Source of the DNA: the human T2T-CHM13v2.0 reference genome, Homo sapiens
Strand: one strand, 5' to 3'
DNA: 64,000 bases
NCBI RefSeq assembly: GCF_009914755.1
Contig: NC_060940.1
Position numbers and translations under genes: made by a program. Below the pieces are notes generated by a model. It did no database searches. It was not told the DNA's origin and saw nothing but the letters and a program-made list of their open reading frames with translations. This document shows, in pieces, positions 20,871-45,094 of this stretch (positions are counted from its first letter, which is position 1; each line of letters begins with the position of its first letter).

Positions 20871-21525
20871 TAAAGTTGATTTTTAAAACTAGCTTCCTGC
20901 CTCTTCCCTCCCAGTTTCCACCCCCAATTGGCAACAAGTTTTAACTCTTTTCATGGTCTCTTCCGGCATTTTCCCGATCTCCAGTAATATTCATACCAAT
21001 GTTTCTTGACTTTTTCTTAATAAGGGCACTAGTCACACTCCCAGCAGCAGAGTACGTGATTCTAGTTGCTCCACATTCTTGTGAAAAAAAAAATATGAAA
21101 TTAATTTTTTAGACCAGTTTTAGGTTTAAAGAAAAATGAGAGGCCAGGCACAGTGGCTCACGCCTGTAATCCCAGCACTTTGGGAGGCTGAGGCGGGTGG
21201 ATCACGAGGTCAGGAGATCGAGACCATCCTGGCTAACATGGTGAAACCCCGTCTCCACTAAAAAATACACAAAAATTAGCCAGGCGTGGTGATGGGCGCC
21301 TGTAGTCCTAGCTACTCGGGAGGCTGAGGAGAATGGCGTGAACCTGGGAGGTGGAGCTTGCAGTGAGCCGAGATTGCGCTACTGCACTCCAGGGTGGGCA
21401 ACAGAGTGAGACTCCATCTCAAAAAAAAAAAAGAAAAATGAGCAGAGTTCCCCTGTACCCCCAGCACCCCTGCCCATCTCCCCTCTTATTAACACCCTGC
21501 ACTGGTGCAGAACATTTATTACAAT

Positions 21526-22291
21526 TGAGATAGGAGGCAGGACTTGACTCCAGAGGCAGGGCTTGGAGCTGGGACCAAACAGGACTGGCTAAAACAGGGC
21601 AGGGCAGAAGCAGCTTTTTATAAGACACACCAGACTGGGCGCAGTGGCTCATGCCTGTAATCCCAGCACTTTGGGAGCCCAGGCAGGCAGATCACCAGAG
21701 GTCAGGAGTTTGAGACCAGCCTGGCCAACATGGTGAAACCCTGTCTCTACTAAAAATACAAAAATTAGCCAGGCATGATGTCCCATGCCTGCAGCCCCAG
21801 CTACTCAGGAGATTGAAGCAGAAGAATTGCTTGAGCCCAGGAGACAGAGGTTGTGGTGAGCCGAGATCAGGCCACTGCACTCTAATGTGGGTGACAGAGG
21901 GAGACTCCGTCTCAGGAAAAGAAAAAAAAGACACACCCACCAGTGTTCTGTGTCAGTTTACCATCGCCATGGCAACACTCCCACCCCTTTCCATGGCAAT
22001 GACTCAGTGACCCAGAAGTGACTACTCCTTCCCCAGAAATTTCTGCATAAACTGCCCCTTAATCTGCATGTAATTAAAAGTGGGTATAATGGGTCTGCAG
22101 AAGTGCGTTGAGCTGCTGCTCTCTGCCTTCTGGGCAGCCCAGCTCTGCAGGAGCCGTCACGGACCTGCCACACTGCCTCTTCAATCAAGTTGTTCTCTTC
22201 TACCTCCGGCTTGTCCTTGAATTCTTTCTTGGGCAAAGCCAAGAACGCTCGCAGGCTAAGCTCCACTTTGGGCCTCACCTGCCCTGCATCA
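21526..22291 (+). mobile_element. ERV1-class solo LTR (LTR19/MER41-related), interrupted by AluS 21632-21930 and inserted in an antisense L1MC-like element (about 21095-22470) that also carries AluY 21141-21436
   Basis: TG...CA ends with 4-bp TSD CAAT/CAAC; internal Alu TSD AAGACACACC; AluY TSD AAAGAAAAATGAG; L1M text resumes after the LTR. Confidence 0.8.
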
Positions 22292-22602
22292 CAACCAACC
22301 AGCCCGTATCGGGACACGATCATTGACTTAAGTCCACAGTTTACATTACAGTTCACTCTTGGCGTTGTGCGTTATGTGGGTTTTGGCAAATACGTAACGT
22401 CCCATAGCTGCCATTATGGGACATTACATATTTGTACTTCTTCATACAGAAGAGTTTTGCCACCCCAGAAATGAGGCTTAAAAGTCATTTACCCACTTCC
22501 TGCTCTGGAAGAGGAGGGTCTGTGCTCTCACCGCCTGGCACGCCGTGTTCCGTCCAGCCTCTGCTCTCTGAATGGTTTTTAGGCTAAATAAAATGTTTAC
22601 TA

Positions 22603-25330
<2,728 letters not shown>

Positions 25331-25379
25331 GGAAGATGGGATGAGCGAAGCCCTGTGATCCCCAGGACCAGCCACGTCG

Positions 25380-26700
25380 TTGGCAAGGGTCAGCGCAGGA
25401 TGAAACCGCCGGCCCCTGGTCTCCGGCCGGGCCCTCCGTCTCTAGAGCAGCTCGCACCGCTGCAGCCCCTGGACGCCCCGGGCTGTGGACGCGCCCGTGG
25501 GACACCGCGCTGAGCAGGACACGCGACAGGTCCCCTCACTGGCGCTGCTCGCGTTGAACCGCGCGGGGAGCCAGGCAGCCCACGGGAAAGGTAAGAATTG
25601 TTAGGCTTTTAATCTAAAGTCGATACCTCAAAAAATAATTCCGGAGGTAAGCATTTAATATCAACATTCAATAAAGCAGGAAGTATCAGCCCGACGAAGA
25701 CCGCCTTAAGTTTTCCACTTTGATGAACTCGATCATCCCCGGGGATGAAGAACCCGCCGGCCCAGCCGGAGCCCCGTCACGTGACCCGGCGGCCGCGGGG
25801 AGCTCTGTGCGCAGGCGCGGATCCGCACGCCCGCCGCCTGAGAAGCGAACTCCCCGTGGCGCCTGCGCTGTAGCGGGGGTTCGGCTGGCTCGCGCGGGTC
25901 CGGGCGCGCGCTGCGGGGGCGGAACCGCGCGGAGGCCGGAAGGAAGCTGGAGGGGGCGGGGCGAGGGAGGGAAGCCCGCCGGCCGTAGGACTACCGTCGC
26001 GGCCTGATGACGTCGCACAATGGCCGGCCCCCGCGGGTAGTGGAGCCCGTTTGTTCCGCCCGTGTCGAGCCTGGAGCCAGAACCTGTGAAGAGCGGAAGG
26101 GCCAAGGGACGTCTTCTCCACGCCGCTCCGACTCCAGGGGAGCCGTGGCCTCCTCTCCGCCCTAGCGCTGAGGTTAGCTGGGGCCGGGAGGGCGGCGGGA
26201 GGCCGGGCCGGCGGCGGCGGGAGGAGGAGGCCGCCGAGGCGGCGGCGGCGGCGGCGGGAGGGAGGCCCGGGAGCCCGGCGCGCCTCCGGCCGTGCGGACC
26301 CACCGGCCGAAGCGTGGCCCTCGGGCCCAGGGAAGGGGACCTTGAGACAGGCACCACCCCGAGTTCCGTCCGTAAGCCGGCCCCGCGGTCCTGGGGCGCC
26401 CTGGGCGCCCGAGCTCCTCGCGCGCTGCCTCCGCGCCCCGCGGCAGAGTTTATTTTCCTGAAGCTGTCATTTCTCTTCCGGGCCACTCGCGTGGCACATG
26501 TGTGCCGCCGGCTAAGGGGCGGTGAGAGGCGCCCAGATTCACCTCCAGAGTAGGTCATCCCGGGCTGCTGCTGGGCTCTTCGGAGAACTTTGAGCTCTTT
26601 ATGAACCTCCTGGAACTTGCTCCGCAGCTTCAAAGTGTGCACAGGTTGGGCGCAGTGATTGCCCCAAGACGCGCGCCGGTCTCTTAGGAGTATGTAACTT
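25380..26700. promoter_or_regulatory. CpG island / TATA-less, probably bidirectional promoter
   Basis: Very high GC and CpG density. Motifs: GTCACGTGAC E-box 25776-25785, NRF1-like TGCGCAGGCGC 25808-25818 and GCGCCTGCGC 25859-25868, ETS-like CCGGAAG 25936-25942, GC box GGGGCGGGGC 25953-25962, CRE-like TGACGTCG 26008-26015. Confidence 0.92.
26005..26172 (+). other. ZC3H18: ZC3H18 non-coding exon 1 (5' UTR)
   Basis: Lies just downstream of the promoter motif cluster and ends at donor GAG|GTTAGC (GT at 26173). Exon 2 has an acceptor 14 nt before the ATG, so an upstream exon is required. The start is an estimate. Confidence 0.7.
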
Positions 26701-27919
26701 CCTTGCCCCTTGGATTAGGAGATCAGAGGTGCTGGGTCCTTTATATAGACCAACTGCAGCTATAATGCTGGAAGAACTGAAACTTAACAGCCTTACTCCT
26801 GCCAAACATTTTTCCTGAATACTTTATGACAACTGAGTTTGCCGGGTAGAGTGGCCGTTTTAAATGAGCTTTGTTCGAACAACGCTAACTCATTTGCAAG
26901 AGTAGGTCATTCTTCAGACCCATTTGGGAAAATGGAAGAAGAGAGTGTTTGGCATCTGAAGTACCGTTTGGGGTGTAGCAAGGTGCTCATCATGTCTCCT
27001 GTTAGACTCACCTCCAGCCTGTTGTCTGTAGAGTAGTCCTTTCCCGTTCAGTAGTTGGGATTATCCGGGTGAGGTTTGACCTCGGCTGAATGCCGCTTCC
27101 CAGCTTTGGGAGGAGAGTCTTTTCCTGATAATTTTACTATCTAAGGGCAGTATGGAGCCCAGCCAGCCCTGGAACCAGTCAAATGTGTCCCAAAGCCGGA
27201 AACTCCTCTCCCGTTGTAGGTGGGACATGCTGAAATATTGTAAGAAAGCTTTGTGGAGTCACTCCAGAAAGCAAACAGGTAAGTTAACCTATGGCCTACA
27301 TCGTGTTTACAGAGATTTGTATTTTGTCACAGCTACAGAGCATCTCAAGGTGAGTACCTCTTTATCAAGGAGTTTAGTGGTCACGCTTGGTCACTTTGCA
27401 CGTGGGGTCTGTCACCAACCTTGATAACGTTCATTTAGATATTTTAAGTCCATGAGGTTATGAGTCAGAATTTTAACCAGATGTACCAGAACTTAGGCAT
27501 TCAAATAGGTACTGCTCTGTTGAAAGTAATTGTCCCAAAATGTGCTTGTATTTCATCGGTGCTTCTTTGCCAGAATCTCTTTAGAACTCCTGTTGTGGTA
27601 GTAAAAATGTAGTCATATGGGAAAATCAGTCTTATTCAATAGTCACCCTCCAGGTTTGACCAAAAGTTTACTTACGTGGTTGGTAGCTCACCTTATCAGG
27701 TGAGACTCTGACTTGCAGCACTTTATCAAAGTGACTAGCTTGAGAGGAGGAAGATTTGCCACCACTAAGAATACCAGAAGACTTCTTTAGGCTTGGAAGG
27801 TCATTCGCAATGAGAAGGTCCCCAAACGCTCTGCATTTCAGCAGTGCCGTTGGAGTCTGTGCATCCTCCCAGAGGGGCTGCTCGGAAGGGAGGTAGCACC
27901 TGCTCTTTATTATTACTAT

Positions 27920-31950
<4,031 letters not shown>

Positions 31951-32684
31951 CTCGTCTTTTACATACGCGCGGTACTTAAGTGTGTCAAGTTTCCTGCCAG
32001 AGTTCTTTTCGACAGCAGCTACCTGTATGGGAAGAGGGGTTCTCAACTTAGGAGTGTGAGTTGCTGAGCGGGTGAACACAGCCCTCTCGACACCTGCTGG
32101 AGGGGCCAGTGAACACGCAGGCAGGGCTCTGAGCCTGCATTGCTAAAGGGCAGCCAAGGGATTCTCGGAGGCCCTCAGAGGCTGGCCTTCGAGAAGTGTG
32201 TTCAGTAACAGAAAAGGCTCCAGACTTGGACACTGCCGAAGGCTGGCCCAGGTTCCTGCTTCAGGATGACTCCAGAAAAATGGTGAGATCTGGGCCTGCA
32301 GTTTTGCTTCCTCGTTCCATGATACAGTTTATCTTTAATTTCAAAAGTAAATACTCCTCTAAGAATTCACACAGCTGTCCTTTGCGATCCGTATCGTTAC
32401 TCACTTTCTGTTAACTCGTGTGGGCTGCCCTTGAGCGGGGAAGGGCTAGGCCAGGCTGCGTCTCCTTCTGCCACATCTCATTTTGCCAGATTGCCAAAAA
32501 CGGGAGGCACTTAACACCCAGCTTAGCTGAGCAGTCTAGCCTTGTGGAGTGGAGTTATGGCCTGTCTTTCTCTGCAGAGTGGAGTGTGGGATTTGGGGCA
32601 GGGCCGTGTGGGACCAAGCAGGATGGAAGTCCTGCTGCTTCAGGCCAGGAAAGTGGGGACAAGGTTTGTTTTCCATTTTGCTAA

Positions 32685-33440
<756 letters not shown>

Positions 33441-34305
33441 TAGGGATGGTGCAGGAGAATGAGAGGCTTGTTTTGGGTTCAGTCCCATAGTGATTGGAGA
33501 GAAAGAGCCAGAAATCGAGAATGAGCAGAGGCAGCTCCAGAAGCTGCCAGCAGGGTTTCCGTGGCCCTCGGCCGGCCAGCTGGTGGGATTGTTTGGGTTG
33601 TAGTGAAAGGTCCAGCGCCCAGTGTTTTTAGGTTCTAGGAATGAAGGGTTAATGTCTGTCCTTGTCTTTGCCGTCTTCAAGTGATACTCAAGTTAACACT
33701 CAACCAGAAACCACGTGGGTTTCCACTCTTGTCAGGTTTTTGGACTGAAAAGAATGAGGAAATTTTCCATCTGGTTTTGGATGTTTTAGGCATTTTTATG
33801 CTGGTCCTAGAGCCTGACCTCTGGAGAGGGCACCAGCTGGGCCAGGCCTCTTTGGACATATCCCTGAAAAGACTGTGGTGGGCACCTCAACTTCTGACAA
33901 AGCCAGCACACTTTTTTGTACATTAAATTAATGTGGCCTTCAGGTTGAGGGGAAGGTAGTACTATCTATGATCCTAGGTATGGGTAGGTGGGGTTTTCTT
34001 AGCAGTTGATGCCGTTGGAAAAACTATGAGTGTTTCGGGAGAAACACCCCAAAGTCCTCCTGAGTGATACTTGCCGGAGCTATTGAACTCAAAGGAGGTG
34101 AGCAAGGGACAGAGCAGTTGAACTGAACTGGGTTTTTGTTGTTTTTTTTTTGAAAGATCCTGGGGAAGGGGATTGTGCTTATGGGGAGTCATTGCGGTGA
34201 AGAGTGTCTGCCGAGAGTATCTCTCTGATGTCATGCTCTGGGTTGAGGCAGGTAAAGGCTGCCAGTTAGATGTGTAACCGCCGGTTTGCCTTGAATGCCA
34301 TGCTC

Positions 34306-40058
<5,753 letters not shown>

Positions 40059-42200
40059 TTAAAAGACCATTGTGCTAAATGGTGGTTAGTTGAAAATTCA
40101 CAATATTATATTGCTGAGTGATTGGTGGATTATTTTTGTTTGTTTGATTTTTTAACTGAAAGGGGCCATAAGCCCAGCACACCAATATGTACAGCCCCTG
40201 GTCCTTGCGGGTGTAGAGGCTGGGTGACTGGGGTCAGTGTGTAGGTGCTAGTCTGTGTTCTTTGGGTTGAAATGATGTCTCGCACCTTCAGTATGCAACT
40301 CTGGTCTGTTTACCGATCACCTTTAGTAGCTACAGGGTCCTCCCTCCAATCTTAAGGTGGTTACATTGTTCTCCTTTTTTGCTTCTGTGAATGTTGGTGG
40401 TTACATCTTTGCAGAAACAATGCTACATCTGATCTAGTTTGTTTCCTATTCATCCTGATGCGGGAAAAACCCTTCTCACCACCTCATCTCCTACACGCTC
40501 ACTTCCAAGTAAGGCAGGAAGATTGGAATGGATTCGAACTTTCCAAATGAGTTTTGTTTTTCTCATGGGAACAAAGAATGTGTTCTCCACTTAGATTTGA
40601 GCTTACATAGAATACCACGTTGAGATTTTAGTGTGGTGCTCATTACTGTAAGAATAGTAGTAAAAAGAAGACACAAACTAAGAGACCAGAGAAGAGAGAC
40701 ATCCTGTCACTTGGCATAAATTAAACATGCCTTCTCTGATCATTTCTTTTTTTAATTTGTTATGTTTGATCATTTCTTTAAAAAGTGATTCTGCTGGATT
40801 ACTTAAGGGATATAACTCTCAGGAATCTGTTCTTTTCCTTATAAAATACTTTTTAATAACCAGATATCTTTGAGGCAAAAAATGATGCAAATATTTAAGC
40901 TGTGAAAGTTTAGGTTGTCGTAAATCCAGGGTTTGGTTTCAGCATTTTTTCATTCAACAGATAATTACGGACTGTTTACTGTGAGCCAGATGCTGCCTGG
41001 GCCCAGCAACTTGGCGATGGGCCTGCCCTGGCAGACGTGGGCCTGCCCTGGTGGGGCACAGGGTTCAGCCAGGCAGGTGGTGGTGTCGTCAACACAAGGG
41101 TGCTCAGGTGTGGCTGCAACACCTGCAGGGCTTGGGGCTGCAAGGACCTGTCGTAGGGGGAGCTCAGGGAAGGCCACCCCAAGGAAGGGGACTCAAGCTT
41201 CCATCTGAAAGTAAGTTGAATAATCAGGAAGAGGAGAGGGAAGAACGCGGTCAGGCCTGGAACTGGAAAAGGGCGCTTCACACTGTGAAGCGAGACTGGA
41301 GGAGTTGAGGAGGGAATGAGAGAGGTCAGTTAGAAAGTGGTTTTACCAGGCTGGGTGTGATGGGCAGTGGTGCAGATTGCAGGAGATGGGGAGGGGGATC
41401 AAGAGGGGCCACATGGGACCGGTGAGATTGGTTACGCTAGGGCTGGCTGGAAGAGGCCGGGATCAGGCTGACGAGTACTTCCATCTTGGATGGTCCTGTG
41501 TCAGGGATGTCAGGTGGGCAGCTGGTGCCCACGTGGGCTGGGGTGGTGTAAGGAGGGGTCTCAGCTGCACGTCCGTGGGAACAGGCCCTGGGACAGTGGG
41601 TGGCTTGGGGAGAGCACCAAGCAAGGGTCAGGTTTGGCTGTGCACCCGAGTCCCTGTGGGTGAGGCCCAGCTTAGAGCTCCTGGGTTGTTCTAAGACTTG
41701 ACAGTCAGGGTGAGGAGCTGGTTGAGGATGAGCCTCAAGGCGGGCCACTCCCAACTGCTGGCATCACTGCCCTGAGGCACCCAACTCCTCCCCTCCCCAA
41801 GAATTGTAAATTAGAGGATGTTTGTGTTTAAGGGACATAAAATATTTTGTTCTCCATATTTTATTTAAATGTTAAAAGTTTTAAAACCCCGAAGTGTTAC
41901 TATTTCCTGCCCAGAGTTGATAGTTAAGAGAAATGTCACGAAAGCCCACTCTGTAAATTGCCCTGTGTGCTGCACAGTGCTTCTCCCTGGTGCTGTGGCG
42001 GGATGCTTAGAGCTGCCGGGCACGCTCTGATCATCCCTGCTATGTAGATCTGGGACCTAAGATTTGGAAAATTGACGTGAATTCAATTCCTGTGACAATA
42101 TCCAGGTTCCACACGCAGCTTCCTGCCCCTTCTGGTTTGGAGAAAGCAGTGCTGATTGATAGATGCCTCCCCCACGCTAAGACGGTGTTCTCTGTTTCAG

Positions 42201-42285
42201 GATGATGACCTGGAAGAAGGTGAAGTGAAGGACCCCAGTGACAGGAAGGTGAGGCCTCGTCCCACCTGCCGGTTCTTCATGAAAG
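42201..42285 (+). CDS. ZC3H18: ZC3H18 exon 3 (DDDLEEGEVKDPSDRKVRPRPTCRFFMK; first Cys of the CCCH finger)
   Basis: Acceptor TTCTCTGTTTCAG|GAT, donor AAG|GTAATT; 85 nt, phase 0 to 1. Confidence 0.96.
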
Positions 42286-42408
42286 GTAATTGTCTGCGTG
42301 TGAGGCCTTCTCGCAGCCAGCTGGGGCCCCACCTTCTGGGGCTGTGGTGCTGGCTCACCTTGCCAGGCCCTGCTCTGCTCAAGGCAGTTCTCTGGGCATT
42401 ACTGGCTA

Positions 42409-42437
42409 GGTGGTGGTGGTGGTGGTGGTGGTGGTGG
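42409..42437 (+). repeat. (GGT)9 trinucleotide repeat about 125 nt downstream of exon 3
   Basis: Direct reading. Confidence 0.95.
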
Positions 42438-43139
42438 CAATATTGATGGTAAACAATAGGCCCTTTTATTGGTGCTTTTATCACTTTAATGACTGCCTTG
42501 GTGGGAGCAGCCTGGTCATTCTCATTCTCACACTGGTGGTCCCAGGCCCTTCCGATCGCAGCAGACCCATAACTATAATGCAGATGGCATCAGTCATTTT
42601 TCAAAGTGGTCCTTTTCATAAGGCCGAATGTTCTAGACACCAGAATTAGCATTTTCCCCACCTCTGTAGAGATGGCCGCTTTTCCTGCAAGATGTGTCCG
42701 AAGCGTTTGTTCGTGTGGAATGGATTTCGAAATGGCCAGAGATGGCCGCTGAAGGCAGCAGGGCTCTCTCCTGTAGAAGGAATGGTGTGAGTTCAGGAGC
42801 TGCAGCAGGGGACAGTGTAAGAAAGTGTCAGAAAAGTCTGGGCTGACCCATTTTAAAATGTGGCAGAACTCTAGCCTGATGATGTTAGGGCTTTTTGTTT
42901 CGCTGCTTAATGTCTTGGGGGATTCGGAAATGGAAATGAGAATTTCCAACTTGTAAGGGTATCTTTGATGTGCAGCAGTAGTTTTGGCATATTTCTTGTA
43001 ATTCAGCGTTCCCCTTGGAAAGGTAGGAAGGTGTTTTTCTCTTTTCTCTTAATTTTGCTGTAAGCCCATAGATGACTGTCACTGCCAGCCTGTGTGTGCC
43101 ATCTAAAGCTCACAAGAGCTTCCTGTACTTCTTTTCCAG

Positions 43140-43211
43140 ATGTTGTGACACCATTATCCACTCTTCTTCCACCAATATCCAATTCCATACCATTCAGAGG
43201 CCAGGTTAAAG
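43140..43211 (+). CDS. ZC3H18: ZC3H18 alternative 72-nt cassette exon (DVVTPLSTLLPPISNSIPFRGQVK)
   Basis: Acceptor CTTCCTGTACTTCTTTTCCAG|A, donor AAG|GTACAA; symmetric phase 1-1, no stop. Agrees with my recollection that a longer ZC3H18 isoform has 24 extra residues. Confidence 0.75.
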
Positions 43212-45094
43212 GTACAAAATACGCTATATTCACTCTCTTCAGTACCTTAAAGTCCCCCTACTCCAGAGGCCAGACTTCCTTCTCCTGGATCCAGAACACA
43301 GCTGTGAAGCCAGAAGGAAAGGGGGTCTTTGAGGGGCAGAGAGCTGTTCGGAACCTCCTCCTTAGAGGCACGTGAGCCAGTCGAGCATCGGGGACAGGCA
43401 GGACACACCCTTGGGGTGTGGCGGAGTCCCATCATTCAGAGGCAGGCTGTGCTCTTAGAGCAGCCGGGAACGCCCCTGTGCAAGAGATGACCTGATGATG
43501 TGGGGCTCATGGGAACCCCGGGTTAGGCTCGCTCCTGTGGGTGTGTGCTTGCTTGGTTTTGCCAAGCAAAAACAGTTGACGTGCCCAAGTCACACGTGCA
43601 TGTGAGGGGCCCCTACTGGGGAGAGCCTGTGAGGGCAGCAGACTTAGAGCCGTAGATTGTCACAGACACACCTAAGAATGCAGAGAAATGTGCGGTACGT
43701 TTTGGAAAAGCTTTGGTATTCACAGTGTCAGTATTTAAAGAAATTGGAATTTAAGCAGAAGACCTCTTTTCCATAATAGTGTGGGAATTAACAACATCAG
43801 TGTCTCAAATTTCTGTATGAAAGTGATGGAGAACAATCTGTACACATGTACGTGTACACATTTGCAGTCATTTTGAATCAGCACCCATCACAGTGCAGTG
43901 CTCTGGTCTCTGGGTGGCAGTGTGACTGGGAAGCTTGACCGGCCAGTCGGCGTTGGCCTGATGGTTCCAACTGCAGGAGGCTGCAGCATCCACCAGGGCA
44001 GGGAGACTCTGGACCAGGAGCCCAGGGCTCACTGCTGAGCTAATTCCAGAATTTAACAACAGAAGCACAAAACAGACAGAGAGATGGTTACTGGAACTCT
44101 TCATTCCCTTCATTGGGAGATGCCTGGATGAACACAGACAGGATCCTGTCTCCTTGCACATCACGTGGGTTGGTCAGAATTGGAAGGTGGTGCCCCCAAA
44201 GTTAGACTAAGTACTGAGTTTGGGTTTCAGCAAGTGAGACCATGTGGAAGGGTTTCTACAGTCAAGAAAGGAGTTTGAGACCAGCCTGGGCAACATAGTG
44301 AGACCTTGTCTCTACAAAAAATGAAAACTTAGCAGGGTTTGGTGGCACGCATGTGTAGTCCCAGCTACGTGGGGGGTGGGGGCTGACAGGGGCAGATCAC
44401 TTGAGCCTGGGAAGTTGAGGCTGCAGTTGTGCCATGATCGTGCCACTGTACTCCAGCCTGGGCGACAGTGAGACTCAGTCTCTTGAAAAAAAAAAAGTCA
44501 GAAGCTAGATAAGGCAGCATTTTTGCGGCTTAATCAGGTGTTATCAATAACTCATTTCAGAAGTGTTTTTATTCTGTAGAGTGAGGTGATACGGTACAGA
44601 GGAAGTGGCTGATTCTTACCGTTTTCTAGATCATGTCTTCTGCTGCTGCTTTGTTATGAGAAATTTGGACTTAAATGTTTCTGCCTACCTGCAGTTTATA
44701 TGAAATTGAAATTCTTCAGTTTATGATCTCTCCAATAACAACAAGTTATTTTAAAAACAAAATGAAGTTTGTTGTGTTGGCAAGGATATGGAGATGTTGG
44801 AGCCCTCATTCACTGCTCGTGAGAGGGTAAAACGGTGCAGCTGCTTTAGGAAACAGTTCCTCAGAAGCTCCCGGGTACCCACTGTATGACCCAGCAGTTC
44901 CACTGCAGGTATGCAGCCAAGAGAAACGGACGTGTGCATTTATGTGAAAGCTTGTGCATTAATGTTCACAGCAGCATAATTTCCAGTAACCAAAGAGAAA
45001 CAACCCAGGTACCCAAAAAGTGAGGAATGGATAAACAAGTGTGGCCTGTCCATGCAGTGGAATGCTACTTGGCCATAAAGGGAATGAAGCACTG

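Noticed and set aside
26238-26257. (GGC)6 at the start of intron 1
   Set aside because: Short and common in CpG islands; no sign of expansion.
25686-26642. 318-aa minus-strand ORF and 163-aa plus-strand ORF over the promoter
   Set aside because: Ala/Arg/Pro/Gly-rich products expected from stop-poor CpG-island sequence.
32088-32101. CTCF-like motif (minus strand CCAGCAGGTGTCG)
   Set aside because: Single imperfect motif; cannot be supported without a PWM scan or ChIP data.
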